Shown here piece by piece: positions 39,701-53,111 of a stretch of 64,000 nucleotides of DNA (its first letter is position 1; each line of letters starts with the position of its first letter). The stretch is taken from NCBI RefSeq assembly GCF_009914755.1, contig NC_060925.1; one strand, 5' to 3'. Source of the DNA: the human T2T-CHM13v2.0 reference genome, Homo sapiens. The notes under the pieces are model-generated. The model ran no database searches. It was not told where the DNA came from and was given only the letters and a program-made list of their open reading frames with translations. A program made the translations under genes and the position numbers.

Positions 39701-42700
39701 ATGAAATTGAAATGGATGGACTCATCATCGAATGGATTCGAATGGAATCATCGAATAAAATTGATTGAAATCATCATCCAATGGAATCGAATGGTATCAT
39801 TGAATGGAATCGAATGGAATCATCATCAGATGGAAATGAATGGAATCGTCATAAAATGGAATCGAATGGATTCATTGAATGGAATCAGATGGAATCATCG
39901 AATGGACTGGAATGGAATCATTGAATGGACTCGAAAGGGATCATTATTGAATGGAATTGAATGGAATCATCGAATGGTCTCGATTGGAATCATTATCAAA
40001 TGGAATCGAATGGAATCACCGAACAGAATCGAATGGAACAATCATCGAATGGACTCAAATGGAATTATCCTCCAATGGAATCGAATGGAATTATCGAATG
40101 CAATCGAATGGAATTATCGAATGCAATCGAATAGAATCATCGAATGGACTCGAATGGAATCATCGAATGGAATGGAATGGAACAGTCAATGAACTCGAAT
40201 GGAATCATCATTGAATGGAATCGAATGGAATCATCGAGTGGAATCGAATGGAATTATGATCAAATGGAATCGAATGGAATCATCATCAAATGGAATCAAA
40301 AATAACCATCATCAATTGGTATTGAATGGAATTGTCATCAAATGGAATTCAAAGGAATCATCATCAAATGGAACCGAATGGAATCCTCATTGAATGGAAA
40401 TGAAAGGGGTCATCATCTAATGGAATCGCATGGAATCATCATCAAATGGAATCGAATGGAATCATCATCAAATGGAATCTAATGGAATCATTGAACAGAA
40501 TTGAATGGAATCGTCATCGAATGAATTGAATGCAATCATCGAATGGTCTCGAATGGAATCATCTTCTAATGGAAAGGAATGGAATCATCGCATAGAATCG
40601 AATGGAATTATCATCGAATGGAATCGAATGGTATCAACACCAAACGGAAAAAAACGGAATTATCGAATGGAATCGAAGAGAATCTTCGAACGGACCCGAA
40701 TGGAATCATCTAATGGAATGGAATGGAATAATCCATGGACTCGAATGCAATCATCATCGAATGGAATCGAATGGAATCATCGAATGGACTCGAATGGAAT
40801 AATCATTGAACGGAATCGAATGGAATCATCATCGGATGGAAACGAATGGAATCATCATCGAATGGAAATGAAAGGAGTCATCATCTAATGGAATTGCATG
40901 GAATCATCATAAAATGGAATCGAATGGAATCAACATCAAATGGAATCAAATGGAATCATTGAACGGAATTGAATGGAATCGTCATCGAATGAATTGACTG
41001 CAATCATCGAATGGTCTCGAATGGAATCATCTTCAAATGGAATGGAATGGAATCATCGCATAGAATCGAATGGAATTATCATCGAATGGAATCGAATGGA
41101 ATCAACATCAAACGGAAAAAAACAGAATTATCGTATGGAATCGAAGAGAATCATCGAATGGACCCGAATGGAATCATCTAATGGAATGGAATGGAATAAT
41201 CCATGGACTCGAATGCAATCATCATCGAATGGAATCGAATGGAATCATCGAATGGACTCGAATGGAATAATCATTGAACGGAATCGAATGGAATCATCAT
41301 CGGATGGAAATGAATGGAATCATCATCGAATGGAATCGAATAGAATTATGGAATGAAATCCAGTGTGATCATCATCGAATGGACCTGAATGGAATCATCA
41401 TCCAACGGAAGCTAATGGAATCAACATCGAATGAATCGAATGGAAACACCATCGAATTGAAACGAATGGAATTATCATGAAATTGAAATGGATGGACTCA
41501 TCATCGAATGGATTCGAATGGAATCATCGAATAAAATTGATTGAAATCATCATCAAATGGAATCGAATGGTATCATTGAATGGAATCGAATGGAATCATC
41601 ATCAGATGGAAATGAATGGAATCGTCATAGAATGGAATCGAATGGATTCATTGAATGGAATCAGATGGAATCATCGAATGGACTGGAATGGAATCATTGA
41701 ATGGACTCGAAAGGGATCATTATTGAATGGAATTGAATGGAATCATCGAATGGTCTCGATTGGAATCATTACCAAATGGAATCGAATGGAATCACCGAAT
41801 AGAATCGAATGGAACAATCATCGAATGGACTCAAATGGAATTATCCTCCAATGGAATCGAATGGAATTATCGAATGCAATCGAATGGAATTATCGAATGC
41901 AATCGAATAGAATCATCGAAAGGACTCGAATGGAATCATCGAATGGAATGGAATGGAACAGTCAATGAACTCGAATGGAATCATCATTGAATGGAATCGA
42001 ATGGAATCATCGAGTGGAATCGAATGGAATTATGATCAAATGGAATCGAATGTAATCATCATCAAATGGAATCAAAAATAACCATCATCAATTGGTATTG
42101 AATGGAATTGTCATCAAATGGAATTCAAAGGAATCATCATCAAATGGAACCGAATGGAATCCTCATTGAATGGAAATGAAAAGGGTCATCATCTAATGGA
42201 ATCGCATGGAATCATCATCAAATGGAATCGAATGGAATCATCATCAAATGGAATCTAATGGAATCATTGAACAGAATTGAATGGAATCGTCATCGAATGA
42301 ATTGAATGCAATCATCGAATGGTCTCGAATGGAATCATCTTCTAATGGAAAGGAATGGAATCATCGCATAGAATCGAATGGAATTATCATCGAATGGAAT
42401 CGAATGGTATCAACACCAAACGGAAAAAAACGGAATTATCGAATGGAATCGAAGAGAATCTTCGAACGGACCCGAATGGAATCATCTAATGGAATGGAAT
42501 GGAATAATCCATGAACTCGAATGCAATCATCATCGAATGGAATCGAACGGAATCATCGAATGGACTCGAATGGAATAATCATTGAACGGAATCGAATGGA
42601 ATCATCATCGGATGGAAACGAATGGAATCATCATCGAATGGAAATGAAAGGAGTCATCATCTAATGGAATTGCATGGAATCATCATAAAATGGAATCGAA

Positions 42701-45599
42701 TGGAATCAACATCAAATGGAATCATTGAACGGAATTGAATGGAATCGTCATCGAATGAATTGACTGCAATCATCGAATGGTCTCGAATGGAATCATCTTC
42801 AAATGGAATGGAATGGAATCATCGCATAGAATCGAATGGAATTATCATCGAATGGAATCGAATGGAATCAACATCAAACGGAAAAAAACGGAATTATCGA
42901 ATGGAATCGAAGAGAATCATCGAATGGACCCGAATGGAATCATCTAATGGAATGGAATGGAATAATCCATGGACTCGAATGCAATCATCATCGAATGGAA
43001 TCGAATGGAATCATCGAATGGACTCGAATGGAATAATCATTGAACGGAATCGAATGGAATCATCATCGGATGGAAATGAATGGAATCATCATCGAATGGA
43101 ATCGAATAGAATTATGGAATGAAATCCAGTGTGATCATCATCGAATGGACCCGAATGGAATCATCATCCAACGGAAGCTAATGGAATCAACATCGAATGA
43201 ATCGAATGGAAACACCATCGAATTGAAACGAATGGAATTATCATGAAATTGAAATGGATGGACTCATCATCGAATGGATTCGAATGGAATCATCGAATAA
43301 AATTGATTGAAATCATCATCCAATGGAATCGAATGGTATCATTGAATGGAATCGAATGGAATCATCATCAGATGGAAATGAATGGAATCGTCATAGAATG
43401 GAATCGAATGGATTCATTGAATGGAATCAGATGGAATCATCGAATGGACTGGAATGGAATCATTGAATGGACTCGAAAGGGATCATTATTGAATGGAATT
43501 GAATGGAATCATCGAATGGTCTCGATTGGAATCATTATCAAATGGAATCGAATGGAATCACCGAATAGAATCGAATGGAACAATCATCGAATGGACTCAA
43601 ATGGAATTATCCTCCAATGGAATCGAATGGAATTATCGAATGCAATCGAATGGAATTATCGAATGCAATCGAATAGAATCATCGAATGGACTCGAATGGA
43701 ATCATCGAATGGAATGGAATGGAACAGTCAATGAACTCGAATGGAATCATCATTGAATGGAATCGAATGGAATCATCGAGTGGAATCGAATGGAATTATG
43801 ATCAAATGGAATCGAATGTAATCATCATCAAATGGAATCAAAAATAACCATCATCAATTGGTATTGAATGGAATTGTCATCAAATGGAATTCAAAGGAAT
43901 CATCATCAAATGGAACCGAATGGAATCCTCATTGAATGGAAATGAAAGGGGTCATCATCTAATGGAATCGCATGGAATCATCATCAAATGGAATCGAATG
44001 GAATCATCATCAAATGGAATCTAATGGAATCATTGAACAGAATTGAATGGAATCGTCATCGAATGAATTGAATGCAATCATCGAATGGTCTCGAATGGAA
44101 TCATCTTCTAATGGAAAGGAATGGAATCATCGCATAGAATCGAATGGAATTATCATCGAATGGAATCGAATGGTATCAACACCAAACGGAAATAAACGGA
44201 ATTATCGAATGGAATCGAAGAGAATCTTCGAACGGACCCGAATGGAATCATCTAATGGAATGGAATGGAATAATCCATGGACTCGAATGCAATCATCATC
44301 GAATGGAATGGAATGGAATCATCGAATGGAATCGAATGGAATAATCATTGAACGGAATCGAATGGAATCATCATCGGATGGAAACGAATGGAATCATCAT
44401 CGAATGGAAATGAAAGGAGTCATCATCTAATGGAATTGCATGGAATCATCATAAAATGGAATCGAATGGAATCAACATCAAATGGAATCATTGAACGGAA
44501 TTGAATGGAATCGTCATCGAATGAATTGACTGCAATCATCGAAAGGTCTCGAATGGAATCATCTTCAAATGGAATGGAATGGAATCATCGCATAGAATCG
44601 AATGGAATTATCATCGAATGGAATCGAATGGAATCAACATCAAACGGAAAAAAACGGAATTATCGAATGGAATCGAAGAGAATCATCGAATGGACCCGAA
44701 TGGAATCATCTAATGGAATGGAATGGAATAATCCATGGACTCGAATGCAATCATCATCGAATGGAATCGAATGGAATCATCGAATGGACTCGAATGGAAT
44801 AATCATTGAACGGAATCGAATGGAATCATCATCGGATGGAAATGAATGGAATCATCATCGAATGGAATCGAATAGAATTATGGAATGAAATCCAGTGTGA
44901 TCATCATCGAATGGACCCGAATGGAATCATCATCTAACGGAAGCTAATGGAATCAACATCGAATGAATCGAATGGAAACACCATCGAATTGAAACGAATG
45001 GAATTATCATGAAATTGAAATGGATGGACTCATCATCGAATGGATTCGAATGGAATCATCGAATAAAATTGATTGAAATCATCATCCAATGGAATCGAAT
45101 GGTATCATTGAATGGAATCGAATGGAATCATCATCAGATGGAAATGAATGGAATCGTCATAGAATGGAATCGAATGGATTCATTGAATGGAATCAGATGG
45201 AATCATCGAATGGACTGGAATGGAATCATTGAATGGACTCGAAAGGGATCATTATTGAATGGAATTGAATGGAATCATCGAATGGTCTCGATTGGAATCA
45301 TTATCAAATGGAATCGAATGGAATCACCGAATAGAATCGAATGGAACAATCATCGAATGGACTCAAATGGAATTATCCTCAAATGGAATGGAATGGAATT
45401 ATCGAATGCAATCGAATGGAATTATCGAATGCAATCGAATAGAATCATCGAATGGACTCGAATGGAATCATCGAATGGAATGGAATGGAACAGTCAATGA
45501 ACTCGAATGGAATCATCATTGAATGGAATCGAATGGAATCATCGAGTGGAATCGAATGGAATTATGATCAAATGGAATCGAATGTAATCATCATCAAAT
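36760..45599 (+). repeat. Domain of 1,766 bp units (10 bp deletion): 1766,1766,1776,1766,1766
   Basis: AACATCAAATGGAATCATTG replaces AACATCAAATGGAATCAAATGGAATCATTG at ~37400, 39166, 42708 and 44474. A-to-B ORF spacing is 458 instead of 468. Confidence 0.9.
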
Positions 45600-47372
45600 G
45601 GAATCAAAAATAACCATCATCAATTGGTATTGAATGGAATTGTCATCAAATGGAATTCAAAGGAATCATCATCAAATGGAACCGAATGGAATCCTCATTT
45701 AATGGAAATGAAAGGGGTCATCATCTAATGGAATCGCATGGAATCATCATCAAATGGAATCGAATGGAATCATCATCAAATGGAATCTAATGGAATCATT
45801 GAACAGAATTGAATGGAATCGTCATCGAATGAATTGAATGCAATCATCGAATGGTCTCGAATGGAATCATCTTCTAATGGAAAGGAATGGAATCATCGCA
45901 TAGAATCGAATGGAATTATCATCGAATGGAATCGAATGGTATCAACACCAAACGGAAAAAAACGGAATTATCGAATGGAATCGAAGAGAATCTTCGAACG
46001 TACCCGAATGGAATCATCTAATGGAAAGGAATGGAATAATCCATGGACTCGAATGCAATCATCATCGAATGGAATCGAATGGAATCATCGAATGGACTCG
46101 AATGGAATAATCATTGAACGGAATCGATTGGAATCATCATCGGATGGAAACGAATGGAATCATCATCGAATGGAAATGAAAGGAGTCATCATCTAATGGA
46201 ATTGCATGGAATCATCATACAATGGAATCGAATGGAATCAACATCAAATGGAATCAAATGGAATCATTGAACGGAATTGAATGGAATCGTCATCGAATGA
46301 ATTGACTGCAATCATCCAATGGTCTCGAATGGAATCATCTTCAAATGGAATGGAATGGAATCATCGCATAGAATCGAATGGAATTATCATCGAATGGAAT
46401 CGAATGGAATCAACATCCAACGGAAAAAACGGAATTATCGAATGGAATCGAAGAGAATCATCGAATGGACCCGAATGGAATCATCTAATGGAATGGAATG
46501 GAATAATCCATGGACTCGAATGCAATCATCATCGAATGGAATCGAATGGAATCATCGAATGGACTCGAATGGAATAATCATTGAACGGAATCGAATGGAA
46601 TCATCATCGGATGGAAATGAATGGAATCATCATCGAATGGAATCGAATAGAATTATGGAATGAAATCCAGTGTGATCATCATCGAATGGACCCGAATGGA
46701 ATCATCATCCAACGGAAGCTAATGGAATCAACATCGAATGAATCAAATGGAAACACCATCGAATTGAAACGAATGGAATTATCATGAAATTGAAATGGAT
46801 GGACTCATCATCGAATGGATTAATGGAATCATCGAATAAAATTGATTGAAATCATCATCGAATGGAATCGAATGGTATCATTGAATGGAATCGAATGGAA
46901 TCATCATCAGATGGAAATGAATGGAATCGTCATAGAATGGAATCGAATGGATTCATTGAATGGAATCAGATGGAATCATCGAATGGACTGGAATGGAATC
47001 ATTGAATGGACTCGAAAGGGATCACGATTGAATGGAATTGAATGGAATCATCGAATGGTCTCGATTGGAATCATTATCAAATGGAATCGAATGGAATCAC
47101 CGAATAGAATCGAATGGAACAATCATCGAATGGACTCAAATGGAATTATCCTCAAATGGAATCGAATGGAATTATCGAATGCAATCGAATGGAATTTTCG
47201 AATGCAATCGAATAGAATCATCGAATGGACTCGAATGGAATCATCGAATGGAATGGAATGGAACAGTCAATGAACTCGAATGGAATCATCATTGAATGGA
47301 ATCGAATGGAATCATCGAGTGGAATCGAATGGAATTATGATCAAATGGAATCGAATGTAATCATCATCAAAT

Positions 47373-49590
47373 GGAATCAAAAATAACCATCATCAATTGG
47401 TATTGAATGGAATTGTCATCAAATGGAATTCAAAGGAATCATCATCAAATGGAACCGAATGGAATCCTCATTGAATGGAAATGAAAGGGGTCATCATCTA
47501 ATGGAATCGCATGGAATCATCATCAAATGGAATCGAATGGAATCATCATCAAATGGAATCTAATGGAATCATTGAACAGAATTGAATGGAATCGTCATCG
47601 AATGAATTGAATGCAATCATCGAATGGTCTCGAATGGAATCATCTTCTAATGGAAAGGAATGGAATCATCGCATAGAATCGAATGGAATTATCATCGAAT
47701 GGAATCGAATGGTATCAACACCAAACGGAAAAAAACGGAATTATCGAATGGAATCGAAGAGAATCTTCGAACGGACCCGAATGGAATCATCTAATGGAAT
47801 GGAATGGAATAATCCATGGACTCGAATGCAATCATCATCGAATGGAATCGAATGGAATCATCAAATGGACTCGAATGGAATAATCATTGAACGGAATCGA
47901 ATGGAATCATCATCTGATGGAAACGAATGGAATCATCATAGAATGGAAATGAAAGGAGTCATCATCTAATGGAATTGCATGGAATCATCATAAAATGGAA
48001 TCGAATGGAATCAACATCAAATGGAATCAAATGGAATCATTGAACGGAATTGAATGGAATCGTCATCGAATGAATTGACTGCAATCATCCAATGGTCTCG
48101 AATGGAATCATCTTCAAATGGAATGGAATGGAATCATCGCATAGAATCGAATGGAATTATCATCGAATGGAATCGAATGGAATCAACATCAAACGGAAAA
48201 AAACGGAATTATCGAATGGAATCGAAGAGAATCATCGAATGGACCCGAATGGAATCATCTAATGGAATGGAATGGAATAATCCATGGACTCGAATGCAAT
48301 CATCATCGAATGGAATCGAATGGAATCATCGAATGGACTCGAATGGAATAATCATTGAACGGAATCGAATGGAATCATCATCGGATGGAAATGAAAGGAG
48401 TCATCATCTAATGGAATTGCATGGAATCATCATAAAATGGAATCGAATGGAATCAACATCAAATGGAATCAAATGGAATCATTGAACGGAATTGAATGGA
48501 ATCGTCATCGAATGAATTGAATGCAATCATCGAATGGTCTCGAATGGAATCATCTTCAAATGGAATGGAATGGAATCATCGCATAGAATCGAATGGAATT
48601 ATCATCGAATGGAATCGAATGGAATCAACATCAAACGGAAAAAAACGGAATTATCGAATGGAATCGAAGAGAATCATCGAATGGACCCGAATGGAATCAT
48701 CTAATGGAATGGAATGGAATAATCCATGGACTCGAATGCAATCATCATCGAATGGAATCGAATGGAATCATCGAATGGACTCGAATGGAATAATCATTGA
48801 ACGGAATAGAATGGAATCATCATCGGATGGAAATGAATGGAATCGTCATCGAATGGAATCGAATAGAATTATGGAATGAAATCCAGTGTGATCATCATCG
48901 AATGGACCCGAATGGAATCATCATCCAACGGAAGCTAATGGAATCAACATCGAATGAATCAAATGGAAACACCATCGAATTGAAACGAATGGAATTATCA
49001 TGAAATTGAAATGGATGGACTCATCATCGAATGGATTCGAATGGAATCATCGAATAAAATTGATTGAAATCATCATCGAATGGAATCGAATGGTATCATT
49101 GAATGGAATCGAATGGAATCATCATCAGATGGAAATGAATGGAATCGTCATAGAATGGAATCGAATGGATTCATTGAATGGAATCAGATGGAATCATCGA
49201 ATGGACTGGAATGGAATCATTGAATGGACTCGAAAGGGATCATTATTGAATGGAATTGAATGGAATCATCGAATGGTCTCGATTGGAATCATTATCAAAT
49301 GGAATCGAATGGAATAACCGAATAGAATCGAATGGAACAATCATCGAATGGACTCAAATGGAATTATCCTCAAATGGAATCGAATGGAATTATCGAATGC
49401 AATCGAATGGAATTATCGAATGCAATCGAATAGAATCATCGAATGGACTCGAATGGAATCATCGAATGGAATGGAATGGAACAGTCAATGAACTCGAATG
49501 GAATCATCATTGAATGGAATCGAATGGAATCATCGAGTGGAATCGAATGGAATTATGATCAAATGGAATCTAATGTAATCATCATCAAAT
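47373..49590 (+). repeat. 2,218 bp expanded unit with three 468-type sub-repeats (A, B, B')
   Basis: Sub-repeat ORF starts at 47586, 48054 and 48496 (spacings 468 and 442). Junction TCGGATGGAAATGAAAGGAG at 48381-48400. Confidence 0.9.
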
Positions 49591-51361
49591 GGAATCAAAA
49601 ATAACCATCATCAATTGGTATTGAATGGAATTGTCATCAAATGGAATTCAAAGGAATCATCATCAAATGGAACCGAATGGAATCCTCATTGAATGGAAAT
49701 GAAAGGGGTCATCATCTAATGGAATCGCATGGAATCATCATCAAATGGAATCGAATGGAATCATCATCAAATGGAATCTAATGGAATCATTGAACAGAAT
49801 TGAATGGAATCGTCATCGAATGAATTGAATGCAATCATCGAATGGTCTCGAATGGAATCATCTTCTAATGGAAAGGAATGGAATCATCGCATAGAATCGA
49901 ATGGAATTATCATCGAATGGAATCGAATGGTATCAACACCAAACGGAAAAAAACGGAATTATCGAATGGAATCGAAGAGAATCTTCGAACGGACCCGAAT
50001 GGAATCATCTAATGGAATGGAATGGAATAATCCATGGACTCGAATGCAATCATCATCGAATGGAATCGAATGGAATCATCGAATGGACTCGAATGGAATA
50101 ATCATTGAACGGAATCGAATGGAATCATCATCGGATGGAAACGAATGGAATCATCATCGAATGGAAATGAAAGGAGTCATCATCTAATGGAATTGCATGG
50201 AATCATCATAAAATGGAATCGAATGGAATCAACATAAAATGGAATCAAATGGAATCATTGAACGGAATTGAATGGAATCGTCATCGAATGAATTGACTGC
50301 AATCATCCAATGGTCTCGGAATCATCTTCAAATGGAATGGAATGGAATCATCGCATAGAATCGAATGGAATTATCATCGAATGGAATCGAATGGAATCAA
50401 CATCCAACGGAAAAAACGGAATTATCGAATGGAATCGAAGAGAATCATCGAATGGACCCGAATGGAATCATCTAATGGAATGGAATGGAATAATCCATGG
50501 ACTCGAATGCAATCATCATCGAATGGAATCGAATGGAATCATCGAATGGACTCGAATGGAATAATCATTGAACGGAATCGAATGGAATCATCATCGGATG
50601 GAAATGAATGGAATCATCATCGAATGGAATCGAATAGAATTATGGAATGAAATCCAGTGTGATCATCATCGAATGGACCCGAATGGAATCATCATCCAAC
50701 GGAAGCTAATGGAATCAACATCGAATGAATCGAATGGAAACACCATCGAATTGAAACGAATGGAATTATCATGAAATTGAAATGGATGGACTCATCATCG
50801 AATGGATTCGAATGGAATCATCGAATAAAATTGATTGAAATCATCATCGAATGGAATCGAATGGTATCATTGAATGGAATCGAATGGAATCATCATCAGA
50901 TGGAAATGAATGGAATCGTCATAGAATGGAATCGAATGGATTCATTGAATGGAATCAGATGGAATCATCGAATGGACTGGAATGGAATCATTGAATGGAC
51001 TCGAAAGGGATCATGATTGAATGGAATTGAATGGAATCATCGAATGGTCTCGATTGGAATCATTATCAAATGGAATCGAATGGAATCACCGAATAGAATC
51101 GAATGGAACAATCATCGAATGGACTCAAATGGAATTATCCTCAAATGGAATCGAATGGAATTATCGAATGCAATCGAATGGAATTATCGAATGCAATCGA
51201 ATACAATCATCGAATGGACTCGAATGGAATCATCGAATGGAATGGAATGGAACAGTCAATGAACATGAATGGAATCATCATTGAATGGAATCGAATGGAA
51301 TCATCGAGTGGAATCGAATGGAATTATGATCAAATGGAATCGAATGTAATCATCATCAAAT

Positions 51362-53111
51362 GGAATCAAAAATAACCATCATCAATTGGTATTGAATGGA
51401 ATTGTCATCAAATGGAATTCAAAGGAATCATCATCAAATGGAACCGAATGGAATCCTCATTGAATGGAAATGAAAGGGGTCATCATCTAATGGAATCGCA
51501 TGGAATCATCATCAAATGGAATCGAATGGAATCATCATCAAATGGAATCTAATGGAATCATTGAACAGAATTGAATGGAATCGTCATCGAATGAATTGAA
51601 TGCAATCATCGAATGGTCTCGAATGGAATCATCTTCTAATGGAAAGGAATGGAATCATCGCATAGAATCGAATGGAATTATCATCGAATGGAATCGAATG
51701 GTATCAACACCAAACGGAAAAAAACGGAATTATCGAATGGAATCGAAGAGAATCTTCGAACGGACCCGAATGGAATCATCTAATGGAATGGAATGGAATA
51801 ATCCATGGACTCGAATGCAATCATCATCGAATGGAATCGAATGGAATCATCGAATGGACTCGAATGGAATAATCATTGAACGGAATCGAATGGAATCATC
51901 ATCGGATGGAAATGAAAGGAGTCATCATCTAATGGAATTGCATGGAATCATCATAAAATGGAATCGAATGGAATCAACATCAAATGGAATCAAATGGAAT
52001 CATTGAACGGAATTGAATGGAATCGTCATCGAATGAATTGAATGCAATCATCGAATGGTCTCGAATGGAATCATCTTCAAATGGAATGGAATGGAATCAT
52101 CGCATAGAATCGAATGGAATTATCATCGAATGGAATCGAATGGAATCAACATCAAACGGAAAAAAACGGAATTATCGAATGGAATCGAAGAGAATCATCG
52201 AATGGACCCGAATGGAATCATCTAATGGAATGGAATGGAATAATCCATGGACTCGAATGCAATCATCATCGAATGGAATCGAATGGAATCATCGAATGGA
52301 CTCGAATGGAATAATCATTGAACGGAATAGAATGGAATCATCATCGGATGGAAATGAATGGAATCGTCATCGAATGGAATCGAATAGAATTATGGAATGA
52401 AATCCAGTGTGATCATCATCGAATGGACCCGAATGGAATCATCATCCAACGGAAGCTAATGGAATCAACATCGAATGAATCAAATGGAAACACCATCGAA
52501 TTGAAACGAATGGAATTACCATGAAATTGAAATGGATGGACTCATCATCGAATGGATTCGAATGGAATCATCGAATAAAATTGATTGAAATCATCATCGA
52601 ATGGAATCGAATGGTATCATTGAATGGAATCGAATGGAATCATCATCAGATGGAAATGAATGGAATCGTCATAGAATGGAATCGAATGGATTCATTGAAT
52701 GGAATCAGATGGAATCATCGAATGGACTGGAATGGAATCATTGAATGGACTCGAAAGGGATCATTATTGAATGGAATTGAATGGAATCATCGAATGGTCT
52801 CGATTGGAATCATTATCAAATGGAATCGAATGGAATCACCGAATAGAATCGAATGGAACAATCATCGAATGGACTCAAATGGAATTATCCTCCAATGGAA
52901 TGGAATGGAATTATCGAATGCAATCGAATGGAATTATCGAATGCAATCGAATAGAATCATCGAATGGACTCGAATGGAATCATCGAATGGAATGGAATGG
53001 AACAGTCAATGAACTCGAATGGAATCATCATTGAATGGAATCGAATGGAATCATCGAGTGGAATCGAATGGAATTATGATCAAATGGAATCGAATGTAAT
53101 CATCATCAAAT
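51362..53111 (+). repeat. 1,750 bp unit (26 bp deletion at the A/B boundary)
   Basis: Junction TCGGATGGAAATGAAAGGAG at ~51902-51921; sub-repeat spacing 442 (51575 to 52017). Confidence 0.88.
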
